IMG/VR virus record: IMGVR_UViG_3300028864_000019
Location: 1 to 64,000 of that record
Length of the DNA stretch: 64,000 bases
DNA from: a virus
Strand: one strand, 5' to 3'
Positions 38,934-49,301 of this stretch are shown one piece after another. How positions within the stretch are numbered: position 1 is the stretch's first letter; each line of letters opens with the position of its first letter. A program made the translations under genes and the position numbers. The notes under the pieces were generated by a model. The model did not search any database. It saw only the letters and a program-made list of their open reading frames with translations, and was not told where the DNA came from.

Positions 38934-40091
38934 CTACTCTATATCAACAGCGTCAAAGCCGATTGATGCACAAATATCTTTAACTGTTTGATATGAGTTT
39001 GGATCTATTACTTTAAACTCTGCTGTTTTAGCTTTAAAACTTCCTGTTTGTCGCTTGATAACATTATCTCCAGTCAAACTCTCATATCTCTTTCTCATCA
39101 TAGCGACTGATGTAGCATTAATTTTAGATTCATTGAAAATCTTAATTATAGCTTCAATATCATATGAACTAATCTTTCTCTCTTTTCTAATTTGTAATAA
39201 TAATTCAAACTCTCTAGTAAATAATAAATCGTTAAAAGAAATTCTATCTATTTTTTCTGCATCTATTACTTCTTCTTTTCGTTTTTTATTTAATAATTTA
39301 AACGCAGTAAACACTCTACTATTTACAGTATTATAATTAGCTATTTCTCTCGTATTAATTACATATGCGTCAGATTGGAATAATTGTTTTATTGATTCTT
39401 CTTCTACAATACTATCTACTTCTAATAAAAACTCTATAAATCTATCATCAATCGGCATCAATGTTATAAACTCTTCATTCTCATTATAAACACTGATAAA
39501 TTTGTTTACTACATCTATATCTTTATATCTCAATCGTCTCATATAAATCACTTCTCTACCTAAAACACCATATCGAGCTAATAATAGTGGCTTTATATTT
39601 TCTGAACCAACACACTCTTTCATTTCTCTCATTAAACTATAAAATTCATCCATATTGTATAATTTAGTTTGAAGTAGTTTTTTACTAGATTTTAGAGTCT
39701 TCATAGATTCTACTCCGGACAATGGGTTAACAGATATATCCCCTTTTTCAATATAGTATTCAAAATACTTATTAACAAACAGTTTTATAGTTCCCATTGT
39801 ACTCTCCATAGCATATATGAAGCTATTTAGCATAGATACTACTTCGTTACTCTTAAAGTCTTTTAAATCTTTATTTTTAGCAACTTCATAATCATGGATA
39901 TTGTTATTATAAACCGACCATAAAGGCTTTTTAGTTATTTCGTCCTCATAAGTATTATTTAACCACACAATCTTATCTATTTGAAATTGGTCATATTCAC
40001 CTAAGATTCTTTGCTTTTCCTTTTCTGTTGCTTCAGGTGTATCTCTTTCGTATTTTTGACCTATAAATTCTAAATTTTCTTTAAGCAACAC
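38934..40091 (-). CDS. integrase-fold protein lacking catalytic motifs, SPbeta YopR/MrpR(SroF)-like master repressor
   Basis: Core-binding domain (YE...KDL..F..; YFEYYIEKG..NP) and LLARYGV.G..LRYKDID without the catalytic R or HxxR; follows the DndB-like gene. Confidence 0.7.
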   Translation of the reverse strand: MLLKENLEFIGQKYERDTPEATEKEKQRILGEYDQFQIDKIVWLNNTYEDEITKKPLWSVYNNNIHDYEVAKNKDLKDFKSNEVVSMLNSFIYAMESTMGTIKLFVNKYFEYYIEKGDISVNPLSGVESMKTLKSSKKLLQTKLYNMDEFYSLMREMKECVGSENIKPLLLARYGVLGREVIYMRRLRYKDIDVVNKFISVYNENEEFITLMPIDDRFIEFLLEVDSIVEEESIKQLFQSDAYVINTREIANYNTVNSRVFTAFKLLNKKRKEEVIDAEKIDRISFNDLLFTREFELLLQIRKERKISSYDIEAIIKIFNESKINATSVAMMRKRYESLTGDNVIKRQTGSFKAKTAEFKVIDPNSYQTVKDICASIGFDAVDIE

Positions 40092-41517
40092 GTAGCACCT
40101 CCACTGTTAAATTTGCAAAATAATTATACACATCTTTATAATTACACGTATTTGGACTATTCTTTAATTTTAATTTTTTTAGTTCAGATTCTGGAATTGA
40201 ATATATATTATCAACAATCTCATCTATCCTATTATAATCTCCTAGTACTCTCATTGTATTTGCAATCGCAAGATAACCAACAAACATATTGCAGTCTAAA
40301 AGACTACTGTTATTTTTCATTTCTTCTATATCATCATTAAAATATTTAAATTTCAATGTATCAATTAATTCATCAATTGTTGAACCCAATTTTTTTGATA
40401 TATCTCTAACTAATCCTTTTTTCTCTACAGGAATTTCGGTTAATGTTAAAGCATCTAATAATATAGTTTTATAAGTTAACTTTCTTACCATTTTACGTTC
40501 TTCAAAATTTAATGCAATTTCGTCTTTTAATACTGTTGAATTCTCTTCAATTAATTTCAAGAAATCTACATCATCGCCTTGTTTAAATCCTTTAATAAAT
40601 TCAGGATTTGTATCTGATCTCTCGAATATTTGTCTGATTAATTCTTGAGCATCAGATAAACTTCTCAATACAACCCTAATATCTAGACCACCTTGTAATA
40701 TAGCACCGTTATTTTGTGCTTTATACTGTTCTACAGCTTGATATACTGCTAACATTCTATGAAAACCATCTAACATATCTATAACTGTGAAAGTCTCACT
40801 ATCTAAATCATAATTCGGACTTACATATAAAGTTCCTACATTTGGGTATTTTTCTTCATCTATTGATTCATAATGGCGATTAGGTTCAAAATTTTCCTCT
40901 CCTTCAGCAAGTCTAATATTCACAATTATTTGAGTATCTTCTAATTTTTTGGTTTTAGACAATAATAAATTTGTCATTGCGTCAACATTTTTCTGATTAA
41001 TATCAATAATTCTAACTGAATCGTCTTTAGTCCCTAACGATTTTGTCTTGTATGCTCTCTGAGATAATTTGTTATATCTGAATAGTACAAATTTAATATA
41101 ATTATAGATTTGTTCATATGTGATTCGCCCAACATAGTTATAATTATCTACTTTTTGCATAAAAGGCAATACTACTTGTGTTACCTTCTTCTCTACATTA
41201 GTAAAACTATTATAGTCTAAAATATCTGTATCGCTAAAATATTTTCTATAGTTTAATTTTTCTAATGCTAAAACCTCATAGCAAACCTTAGTAATAGCAA
41301 TTTTTTCTTCTTTAGATAATTTGTTTAATTTAACTGAACCGTCTAAAAACAATCCTGCTGTGATGTTTGTATTCAAATTCTTTTTAGCCAATTCTACATT
41401 AATTGATTTAATCAGCCCTTTATTTTTAAATTCTTTATTAACCACATTTTCTAATTCTTTATTTAAATTGTCCTGACTATAAATCATGACTTCTTGTTGT
41501 CCTTGTTTAAGTTCCAT
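40081..41517 (-). CDS. DndB/ParB-like (DGQHR family) protein, SPbeta YopQ/SroE-like
   Basis: YNKLSQR, IIVN, IDMLDGFHRMLA; overlaps the repressor gene. Confidence 0.72.
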   Translation of the reverse strand: MELKQGQQEVMIYSQDNLNKELENVVNKEFKNKGLIKSINVELAKKNLNTNITAGLFLDGSVKLNKLSKEEKIAITKVCYEVLALEKLNYRKYFSDTDILDYNSFTNVEKKVTQVVLPFMQKVDNYNYVGRITYEQIYNYIKFVLFRYNKLSQRAYKTKSLGTKDDSVRIIDINQKNVDAMTNLLLSKTKKLEDTQIIVNIRLAEGEENFEPNRHYESIDEEKYPNVGTLYVSPNYDLDSETFTVIDMLDGFHRMLAVYQAVEQYKAQNNGAILQGGLDIRVVLRSLSDAQELIRQIFERSDTNPEFIKGFKQGDDVDFLKLIEENSTVLKDEIALNFEERKMVRKLTYKTILLDALTLTEIPVEKKGLVRDISKKLGSTIDELIDTLKFKYFNDDIEEMKNNSSLLDCNMFVGYLAIANTMRVLGDYNRIDEIVDNIYSIPESELKKLKLKNSPNTCNYKDVYNYFANLTVEVLRVA

Positions 41518-41572
41518 AAAAATTCACTCCTTCATTAATATATTATTTATATTATTAACATCTATATTAATT

Positions 41573-41601
41573 ATTATACTCGTTCAACAAATTAAATGCA
41601 A
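41573..41601 (-). promoter_or_regulatory. sigmaA promoter of the DndB/repressor operon with an operator-like sequence in the spacer
   Basis: TTGCAT-17-TATAAT; spacer contains TTAATTTGTT. Confidence 0.65.
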
Positions 41602-41679
41602 CAAAAAAAGTAATAAAATAATTACTATTTTTATTATTTTATTACTTTTTATTATATAATATTAAATTGTTCTTGTCCA

Positions 41680-41970
41680 TCATTTGGTAATTTTAATTCT
41701 TATGACTCTCTTGCCATATTCCAATATTAATATTTCATCTATGTAGTCACATTTTTTAAAGCTATCATTCTCTATTTCTATATCCATTATACTAATTCCT
41801 ATAGTACCCCAGAAATCTTTAGCCTTACACAGTAGATTTTGTCTATTCTCTTCTATTAATAGATTTTTATTATTTTGTTGAGCCATGAAAATATAACCTA
41901 GTATATTATCTACATTTATTCCTCTTTCTTTATTTTGTATTTGTTTAATTTTTTCTACTCTCATTTCCAT
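41680..41970 (-). CDS. hypothetical protein
   Basis: ORF track. Confidence 0.6.
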   Translation of the reverse strand: MEMRVEKIKQIQNKERGINVDNILGYIFMAQQNNKNLLIEENRQNLLCKAKDFWGTIGISIMDIEIENDSFKKCDYIDEILILEYGKRVIRIKITK

Positions 41971-42248
41971 TCTCGCACCCCTTTAATTATTTTTTGATTT
42001 TATATATTAAAACAAATTAATGGTTTAAACTTATTTTCAATTTCATTTTATAACAAATTAATATAGTATGTCAAGTTGTTTTTGGAATTATTTACATTTT
42101 GTTCATTGTTATATGAATTAATGATATTTTTCCATTGTAATACTATTTTCGGATATTATTAACGAAAATCGGATTCACTTTTGTAAACATGTTGTAAATA
42201 TTATCCAACATGTTATAGAATAAGAGCAAAGGAGTTGTAAAAGTAAAT

Positions 42249-42458
42249 ATGGTTAGGATGAGGTTACATATTCTGATGGCTGAACGTGGCATCACTCAAA
42301 AACAACTATCTCTTATTGTTGGGATCAGGCAAGGAACATTAAGTGGTTATTGTTCAAATAATTATAAACATATTGTAAATACACATATAAATAAGTTATG
42401 TACTTACTTTAATTGCAGTATTTCAGATTTAATTGAATATAAACAAGATAATTCTTAA
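42249..42458 (+). CDS. XRE/Cro-type HTH regulator
   Basis: LHILMAERGITQKQLS..GIRQGTLS..LC.YFNC.I.DLIEY; AGGAG RBS; terminator follows. Confidence 0.85.
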   Translation: MVRMRLHILMAERGITQKQLSLIVGIRQGTLSGYCSNNYKHIVNTHINKLCTYFNCSISDLIEYKQDNS

Positions 42459-42511
42459 AGATTAGATATTAATATTTTTATCTAGTCTTTTTATTTTCCA
42501 TATTTTAGTAC

Positions 42512-42561
42512 GAATGTTTGTTCTCTATTGTTATTATATTACAGAACGTGCGTTTGGTCAA
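42512..42561 (-). promoter_or_regulatory. LexA (SOS)-boxed sigmaA promoter oriented antisense to the XRE gene
   Basis: TTGACC(42561-42556)-17-TATAAT(42538-42533); GAAC-N4-GTTT at 42544-42555 and GAAT-N4-GTTC at 42512-42523. Confidence 0.7.
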
Positions 42562-42772
42562 TGCAAATTTTAACTATTCCGTATTTTGATAAATATTTAA
42601 CAAATTTATATACATTAAGATAAATTTTTATCAAGGTATTGTCTAAGTATTATTATGTTCATTATGTTCATTGTCTATGTTCATTTTCTATTATACACTA
42701 ATTATCATGATAATAGTTTGACTCACAGGCAAACTTTAAGCTAAAGATATGTAAATTACCAATATTTATTCA

Positions 42773-42827
42773 TTGATTCGACAATAACTTTCATGATATA
42801 ATAATGAAAATAATAACTTTTGTCGAA
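42773..42827 (+). promoter_or_regulatory. promoter with two Spo0A boxes
   Basis: TTCGACA 42777-42783 and TGTCGAA 42821-42827; TGnTATAAT 42794-42802. Confidence 0.55.
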
Positions 42828-42839
42828 AGGGTCTAGTTA

Positions 42840-43133
42840 ATGTATTACTTACCGATAAAAAAGATAAGGCATCTCAAGGGTATGACATTGAAAGAACTAT
42901 CAGAAAAAACTGGATTATCTATTTCTTATTTGAGTAGATTAGAAGACGATAATAGCACTAGAAGTCGGACTCCAACTTTAATAACTTTAGAAAAAATTGC
43001 AATCGGGCTTTCGGTATGTCCAACAGATTTAATCTTTTACTTATGCACTAATTGTCAAATAAACAACTGTAAAAAGAGAGATAGTATAGATTTAAATAAG
43101 TTAATTGAAGAAAATTTAAACTTTTATATTTAA
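42840..43133 (+). CDS. XRE/SinR-like HTH regulator with Cys-rich tail
   Basis: IKKIR..KGMTLKELSEKTGLSISYLSRLE..PTLITLEKIA. Confidence 0.85.
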   Translation: MYYLPIKKIRHLKGMTLKELSEKTGLSISYLSRLEDDNSTRSRTPTLITLEKIAIGLSVCPTDLIFYLCTNCQINNCKKRDSIDLNKLIEENLNFYI

Positions 43134-43144
43134 TTATATTATAT

Positions 43145-43180
43145 AAGCTAGGATAAATTTAATAATCCTAGCTTATTTTT
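43145..43180. terminator. terminator between convergent genes
   Basis: AAGCTAGGAT..ATCCTAGCTT stem with T tract. Confidence 0.75.
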
Positions 43181-43185
43181 ATATA

Positions 43186-44145
43186 TTAATCATCAATATC
43201 TACTTCATATCTATACATTGAATCATAAAGTTTCTTCGGTATTTTATCTTTATAATAATCTGCTACTTCTTTAATGTGTTTTTCCTTATATACTTTATAT
43301 CTTTGAAATGCTTCATTTTGATCTGAATATGAACCAAGATAAACTTTATTATTTAATAAGGTATTCCTACATGTTGATATAAACTTACCATTATCATCAT
43401 CAAAATATACCCCTATGGGATATTTTCCTCTTGCTTTATCACATTTAGTAAATAAACTATTAATTTTTTGTGGTACAAATACACATGTTTCTGGAGAGTA
43501 TATTTTATTTCCTTTACATAGAATATCCTTATCCAATGCCATAATCTCATTATTTATTTCATAATAATTCTTTTCGTACCACGTTGCAAAGTTTTGGAAA
43601 TTATGCCACGATTTATCTGCTACGCAATATTTATAAGTTGGTGTTTTTAATTTTTGGTTCTCATTGTAGCATCGGGTCAGCATGCTTTTCCATGTCATAA
43701 ATTGCTTATTATATTTTAATTTAGAATAATCAACATGATATTTACCCTCTCCTAAGTAGCCTATATTAAATACAAATTTGTGATATGGGTTTATAATAGT
43801 CCCTAGTTTAAAACTATTATAAGTTTTATGCTTTACAATAATACCATCTTCGAATTTAACATTTATATCGTTTTGATTTATATAGTTGATTATTTCCATT
43901 TTTTCATTTACTTTATTATAATTTGTTTCACCCGTTCTATCTTTAAATTTATTTAGTAATGCACATTCTGGGCATCCATGACCACATAACAAGTTTAATG
44001 GAATAGATTTCCATTCATGATTACATGACTTGTCCTTTACTAAAATTTTAGTTGTGCTATTAATATACTCTTCGATCACCTCAATATTCGGATTAATAAC
44101 AAACATTTCTTCTTTAAATTGTTCTGTAGTTTTTCTTTTCCCCAT
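43186..44145 (-). CDS. HNH-type homing endonuclease, paralog of 35836..36792
   Basis: Same LDKDIL.KGNKIYSP.TC.FVP core; N-terminal HEW..GHGCPEC module. Confidence 0.82.
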   Translation of the reverse strand: MGKRKTTEQFKEEMFVINPNIEVIEEYINSTTKILVKDKSCNHEWKSIPLNLLCGHGCPECALLNKFKDRTGETNYNKVNEKMEIINYINQNDINVKFEDGIIVKHKTYNSFKLGTIINPYHKFVFNIGYLGEGKYHVDYSKLKYNKQFMTWKSMLTRCYNENQKLKTPTYKYCVADKSWHNFQNFATWYEKNYYEINNEIMALDKDILCKGNKIYSPETCVFVPQKINSLFTKCDKARGKYPIGVYFDDDNGKFISTCRNTLLNNKVYLGSYSDQNEAFQRYKVYKEKHIKEVADYYKDKIPKKLYDSMYRYEVDIDD

Positions 44146-44474
44146 ATATTATCTTCTCCTTCATATATATTGTTTTAATTTATTTATATATGTACTAATG
44201 TGATATATAATCTATCAAAAGATAAACATTGTATATCACATAAATATTCATAAATATTTATTTCAAAGTAATTTTAAATCATCAATATAGCATTCATGAA
44301 TATCTAATCTATCACCTTCATTAACCTTTACAATTGCTACAGGAAATACCTTACCTAATTGCTCTATTACGCCCTCAACTTCAACTCCATGCAGACTTAT
44401 TCCTTGCACATTATCACCAATTTTATAATCCATATAAACCACCTCATAATATTATTTTCTATATTATAGCTATT

Positions 44475-44729
44475 TTAGCATAATTTAAATGACATTTCTT
44501 TATTTTCTTTATTACTACTGCAAAACATTAAATTCCACATACAATCACATAAATCAGACAACGGGATCACTTCTTTACTTTTATATTTTTTCTTAACTCT
44601 AAACAATTCTTTAATTTGATCTTCAATCTCACAAGGTTTAATACCAATTATGCTCCCTCTATCTACTTTAACACTTATTCCACTATCCATTTTAAAACTC
44701 ACTATACTTTCATACATACTTAATCTCAC
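44475..44729 (-). CDS. hypothetical protein
   Basis: ORF track. Confidence 0.65.
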   Translation of the reverse strand: MRLSMYESIVSFKMDSGISVKVDRGSIIGIKPCEIEDQIKELFRVKKKYKSKEVIPLSDLCDCMWNLMFCSSNKENKEMSFKLC

Positions 44730-44785
44730 CTTTCTTTTATTTTTAATTTATTAAATTTCATTTAAAAGTAACATTTCATTCTAAT

Positions 44786-44992
44786 TTATCTATATAGTCT
44801 TAACTCTTTTATGCTTCCAATCAACTTAGATATTGAATCAATTCCAAACAATGATACCCATACATGCGAACAGGTTTGTGCAAGCAGTCCGGACACGGAA
44901 TATTTTATAGCTAATCCTATAGTGACAATCGTCAGCCCCGTAGTCACTATTGCTACTACTATAAATGCGTTGTATAGTTCTTTACTATTCAT
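44786..44992 (-). CDS. small membrane protein
   Basis: Hydrophobic segments; GAGGAG RBS. Confidence 0.6.
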   Translation of the reverse strand: MNSKELYNAFIVVAIVTTGLTIVTIGLAIKYSVSGLLAQTCSHVWVSLFGIDSISKLIGSIKELRLYR

Positions 44993-45179
44993 ATTTTCAA
45001 GCTCCTCATAATTATTAAGCTGATTTAATTTTTATAATCTTCTTGTAACCCTAACTTATATTTTAATTCATATAACTTTTCTTGCTTTAAAATTATTTCT
45101 GCTTCTAATTCTATTATATCTTCTTGAATATCATAAATCTCGTCTTTAGTCTCATTAATCATATCTTCTTTATTCATAT

Positions 45180-45470
45180 TTATCCCCTCACCTTATCTTC
45201 CTTTTTATTGATATGCAATAAAAATACTCTTTCGATATCTTTCACATCTTTTTCAAATTGTTCATCATCATAAATATCACCACTATTAACTATATTTATA
45301 AAAGGAACTATTGCTTCTTCTGTATCATTACAATTAATAAATAAGTCTGGATCTAATCCATATTCATTTTGAATCATATCAATAAATTCTTCACTTAATT
45401 CGCTTACTTTCCTAGCAGTATCATTAATTTGTATTAGTTTTCTCTTTAATTTTGATGGCAATTTATTCAA
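45180..45470 (-). CDS. hypothetical protein
   Basis: ORF track. Confidence 0.68.
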   Translation of the reverse strand: MNKLPSKLKRKLIQINDTARKVSELSEEFIDMIQNEYGLDPDLFINCNDTEEAIVPFINIVNSGDIYDDEQFEKDVKDIERVFLLHINKKEDKVRG

Positions 45471-45543
45471 TTCTCAACACCTCTTAGTATTAATAATATT
45501 ACCAATTTACCTAGACTCTAAACCTATAAAATCAGATTTTTAT

Positions 45544-46089
45544 TCATTTGTCATTTTCTATATATTTAATAATTTCTTCTTTAAATTTTCTTAATTTTTG
45601 CAACTCTTCATCATCAGTTAATCCTAATAAATAATCGATACTAACATTGAGTAATTCAGCCATTAAAATTAGTTTTTCCGTATCTGGATAATTGACTCCA
45701 GTAGTATATTTACTGACTGTAGATTTTGTTATATTTAGTTTTTTTGCTAGTTCAGATTGTGACATATCGTTTTTATATAATACACCAATTAATCTTTTTG
45801 CAAAAATTTCTTTATTATTAGGATTATTTAACGCTTCATTTAAATTATTTTCAACTGTAAAATCTTTATTACTTATTTCTGTTACATATAACAAATCATC
45901 AATACTAATTTTCAATACCTTTGCTATGTTTGAAAGAATTTCCATTCTTGGAGTCCTATTACCTGTTAGATATCTTGATATTGTGGCTTCCGTTACCCCT
46001 ACTTTCTCTGAGAACTCTTTTTGAGTTAAATTAACAATTTCTAATTCTGCCGCAAGTCTTTCAGCAAATGTTTTATTAATGTTTCTCAC
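45544..46089 (-). CDS. tandem double XRE-HTH regulator
   Basis: Two FA.RL..L..Q.E.A.K...T..T.S.Y..G...P..E.L...A..L..SID.LL units. Confidence 0.88.
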   Translation of the reverse strand: MRNINKTFAERLAAELEIVNLTQKEFSEKVGVTEATISRYLTGNRTPRMEILSNIAKVLKISIDDLLYVTEISNKDFTVENNLNEALNNPNNKEIFAKRLIGVLYKNDMSQSELAKKLNITKSTVSKYTTGVNYPDTEKLILMAELLNVSIDYLLGLTDDEELQKLRKFKEEIIKYIENDK

Positions 46090-46114
46090 TCCTTAACTTT
46101 ATAAAATTCCTATC

Positions 46115-46255
46115 TTATTTAGATTCATCGTCTTTCCATATACAAGCATAAATATCATCCTTACAAACATAAGTTAGTTTATTAGTATTGTTTAATTGTA
46201 TTTGATATGGACAACAATTATCAGGTTTATGACATTCATATATATTTTTACTCAT
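46115..46255 (-). CDS. 46-aa Cys-rich peptide (not in ORF track)
   Basis: MSKNIYECHKPDNCCPYQ..; AGGAAGTG RBS; stop codon is the TTA of dyad arm 46113-46117. Confidence 0.5.
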   Translation of the reverse strand: MSKNIYECHKPDNCCPYQIQLNNTNKLTYVCKDDIYACIWKDDESK

Positions 46256-46339
46256 TACTTCACTTCCTTTATATTTATAATATTATACCATTTTACTAAA
46301 TTTTAGTCACTTTTGATAAAAGATTTAATTTATAGGGTT

Positions 46340-47263
46340 TTATAAATCCTCCATAACGTTTTTCATACGCTCTTCGTCCATTGTTATATATACTCTCGAA
46401 GTGTTGATATTTTCATGCCCTAAAACTTCTGCTACCATTAAAATATCTTTAGTTTTTCTGTATACATTAGTTCCTACGGTATGCCTTGTAGTATGTGTTA
46501 CATATTTCTTATCTGTAAGACGTGCTATTTTGTATAATTTTTTCATCATAACTTGCACTGAACTTTTATCAATACCCCTTCTAAAATTTGATATGAATAG
46601 AACATTCTTATATTCCTCATCAACACCTTCTACTATTCTATTTTCCATATATTCTTTTATTGCTTCTAAACATTTTTTATTTAAATAAACAGAATCTTCT
46701 TTATTTCCTTTTCTTAATATTAGTAATTTATTTTCTTGAATATCATTTAGTTTTATATGAGCAAGTTCTGAAACACGAATACCAGTATTTAATAGTATAG
46801 TCACAATACATTTATTTCTATAATAAAACATATCTTCACGATTCAAAGCATCATATATTTTTTCAACTTGTTCATCTGTAAATGCTATTGGAATTTTCTT
46901 ACCTATTTTGGGGCTATCTAAATCTTCTGCTATATTTGTAGCTACAATATTTTCTTTACGCAAATATTTCCAATAAGATCTTAAACAAGCAACCTTTCTA
47001 GCTCTTGCATATTCTGAATTTTCTAGTTTATTTTTTGAATAGTTTATAAATTTATTTAAATCGTATGTTTGTAATGATTTTAATGTTTTATTGGAAATTT
47101 CTTTTTTATTTTTGTAATCTTTCAAGAATGTAAAAAATACTCTTAAATCTGATTCATACCCTGATATTGTTGTTTTAGCTTTATTATCTGTATTTAATTG
47201 TTCTAAAAAATCCATTGCTGATAATGGTAATTTTATATTATTTTTCTTTTCCATGATTGTCAC
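46340..47263 (-). CDS. XerC/XerD-like tyrosine recombinase, catalytically intact
   Basis: TISGYESDL, RARKVACLRSY, TGIRVSE, RKGNKE, THTTRH, LGHE..RVY. Confidence 0.92.
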   Translation of the reverse strand: MTIMEKKNNIKLPLSAMDFLEQLNTDNKAKTTISGYESDLRVFFTFLKDYKNKKEISNKTLKSLQTYDLNKFINYSKNKLENSEYARARKVACLRSYWKYLRKENIVATNIAEDLDSPKIGKKIPIAFTDEQVEKIYDALNREDMFYYRNKCIVTILLNTGIRVSELAHIKLNDIQENKLLILRKGNKEDSVYLNKKCLEAIKEYMENRIVEGVDEEYKNVLFISNFRRGIDKSSVQVMMKKLYKIARLTDKKYVTHTTRHTVGTNVYRKTKDILMVAEVLGHENINTSRVYITMDEERMKNVMEDL

Positions 47264-47416
47264 TCCTTATTTTTTTGTTTACATATGTAATATTACAATT
47301 TGTTTTAGTAATTATATTTTTTATATTAATTTTATGCAAGTTATAAGAAAAATATTCCTTATAACCTCTGAAAACTAACACTAATAACTTGGTAAATTGA
47401 TAGTTTTAGCATCTTA

Positions 47417-47821
47417 TTACATACCCATTTTAACATCTATACCTTGCCATATTATACTCCAAATACAAGCAAATCCACATAAGATTATATCGCCCCACCA
47501 AAATATATCATTATGAGTTATAAAATTTAATATCAAACTAAGTATTCCTAACATTACACTTATCCAAAATACCATATTTATAAATTTACTATCTTCTTTA
47601 TAAACTTTATTACTATGACACATATCATGCCTATAATTTTTATTTTCACAACATGGACAAATAACATAGTCTGATGATGATTTATTATTTCTATCATTCA
47701 TATAAAAATCATTTTCATGAAAAATGTGACTACATACTTTTTCTTTCCCTTTCTTATTTTTATAGAAACCTCCACAAAAATAAGAACTCTTTGTATAATA
47801 ATTTTCTTCAATACTTTTCAT
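47417..47821 (-). CDS. Zn-binding membrane protein
   Basis: CPCC motif and two C-terminal TM helices. Confidence 0.72.
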   Translation of the reverse strand: MKSIEENYYTKSSYFCGGFYKNKKGKEKVCSHIFHENDFYMNDRNNKSSSDYVICPCCENKNYRHDMCHSNKVYKEDSKFINMVFWISVMLGILSLILNFITHNDIFWWGDIILCGFACIWSIIWQGIDVKMGM

Positions 47822-47879
47822 AACACTATATCCTTCCTTAATTTATTATATTCTATTAAATCAATGTATTTATCAACTT

Positions 47880-48071
47880 TTATAAAATATGTCCACCTAA
47901 TTCAATGCTCCACTCATTTAATCTAAATATTCCATATGCACCATTGTATTTAACCTCATATCCAATTAAATCATGGTTTGAATTATATAACTCATTACTT
48001 ATTATTCCTTTATAAGTAATTGTTGTACCACCTATTTTCTTAACACATTTGATAGACCTCAATTCTCCCAC
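47880..48071 (-). CDS. hypothetical protein
   Basis: Sole gene between dyad sites 47857 and 48083. Confidence 0.68.
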   Translation of the reverse strand: MGELRSIKCVKKIGGTTITYKGIISNELYNSNHDLIGYEVKYNGAYGIFRLNEWSIELGGHIL

Positions 48072-48310
48072 CTCACTTCCAATGAAATTATGATATTATT
48101 GCCTTATCTATCAACTTCAACTTCCATTCCTAAATCTTCTAATAAATCTTTAATATTACACGCCAACTCTCTTACACCACATTGCGAATCAAATGACCAT
48201 CCATTTACCCAAATCATAGTATCTCCTATTTCAATTATAACCTTTTTCTTTTCATCTTCCATTTTCTCTTTCCTCCTAAACTCAATATTTTAATGACTCT
48301 TCAATTAGCA

Positions 48311-48634
48311 TCAAAACACAAGCAACCCATATTTTTCAATATATCCTTTTAAATCCATAGGCATGTTATCAAATAATCTAAACAAAAAGTATTGATAACT
48401 ATTAACTTTCATTAATTCATCTTTGTGTATACCTACTGTCAGGTTACTAAATTGATATTGAAGATTTTTATCTATAAAAGATATTCCTAAAACTAAATAA
48501 TCTGCATCATTGAATCCTTTAATGTTCATTCCAGAAATTTTTGTATGATTGTAATAGTTCATCCAATCCATAATATTATATTCAATTGTTTGACCAATTT
48601 TTATAACTTTAGCATTCTCTTTAAAATTTTTCAT
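48311..48634 (-). CDS. hypothetical protein
   Basis: ORF track. Confidence 0.7.
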   Translation of the reverse strand: MKNFKENAKVIKIGQTIEYNIMDWMNYYNHTKISGMNIKGFNDADYLVLGISFIDKNLQYQFSNLTVGIHKDELMKVNSYQYFLFRLFDNMPMDLKGYIEKYGLLVF

Positions 48635-48960
48635 ATAAATAATCCTCTCTTATATTTTATTTTATTTGCACTAATTCAACTTCATCAGTTTTCAATCTTC
48701 TAATTCCTCCATATGTAAATAATTCAATGGTATCACCTTTAACAAATCCTATAAATACTTTATCCTTTAGTTTATCATCATTTAATATTTTAAAAGCTCC
48801 CAATGTTATCTTACCTCCTGAATCCCACTATATTTTTTCTTTGTTTATTCTTAGTAACATCTTTATAGCTAATTCATATTCTCCAGCTTCTAATAACCCT
48901 TTTATAATACCTTTCATTTCAACTACCTCCTATTTGTTATTTTCTTAATCTCTTTTCTAT

Positions 48961-49010
48961 ATTATAGCATTTATATTTCAATATTGCAATACTTTATATA
49001 TTAATTTATT
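48961..49010 (-). promoter_or_regulatory. sigmaA promoter with repeated operator
   Basis: TTGCAA-17-TATAAT; AATAAATTAATATA 7 bp upstream of -35. Confidence 0.68.
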
Positions 49011-49301
49011 TTAATAATTATACAATCCCAGATCTTTATGAATTGCCTTGTAAAATAACGCCATAACTTCAGCTTCTTTGAGGTAATGACACCTTACATT
49101 TCTTTCACCATCTTGATTACTCATTACAAAATCATACGTTAAGAATCCATCTACTGTTATGCTAATTTTGTAATACTCGTAGCTATCTTCATCTATAATA
49201 TACTCTAAGCAACCGTTTATATACATATTATCTTTTCTATAAGTAACACACCATTCATCTCCTAAGATTGCATTTAACTTTAACATTAAATTATATAACA
49301 T
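49011..49301 (-). CDS. hypothetical protein
   Basis: ORF track. Confidence 0.7.
   Translation of the reverse strand: MLYNLMLKLNAILGDEWCVTYRKDNMYINGCLEYIIDEDSYEYYKISITVDGFLTYDFVMSNQDGERNVRCHYLKEAEVMALFYKAIHKDLGLYNY

Noticed and set aside
38934-40091. Active prophage integrase
   Set aside because: Catalytic Arg and HxxR motifs not recognisable; context fits a repressor
42715-42770. c-di-GMP-I riboswitch suggested by CACAGGCAAAC
   Set aside because: No GNRA-capped P2 or GACGCAAAGC/P3 elements follow
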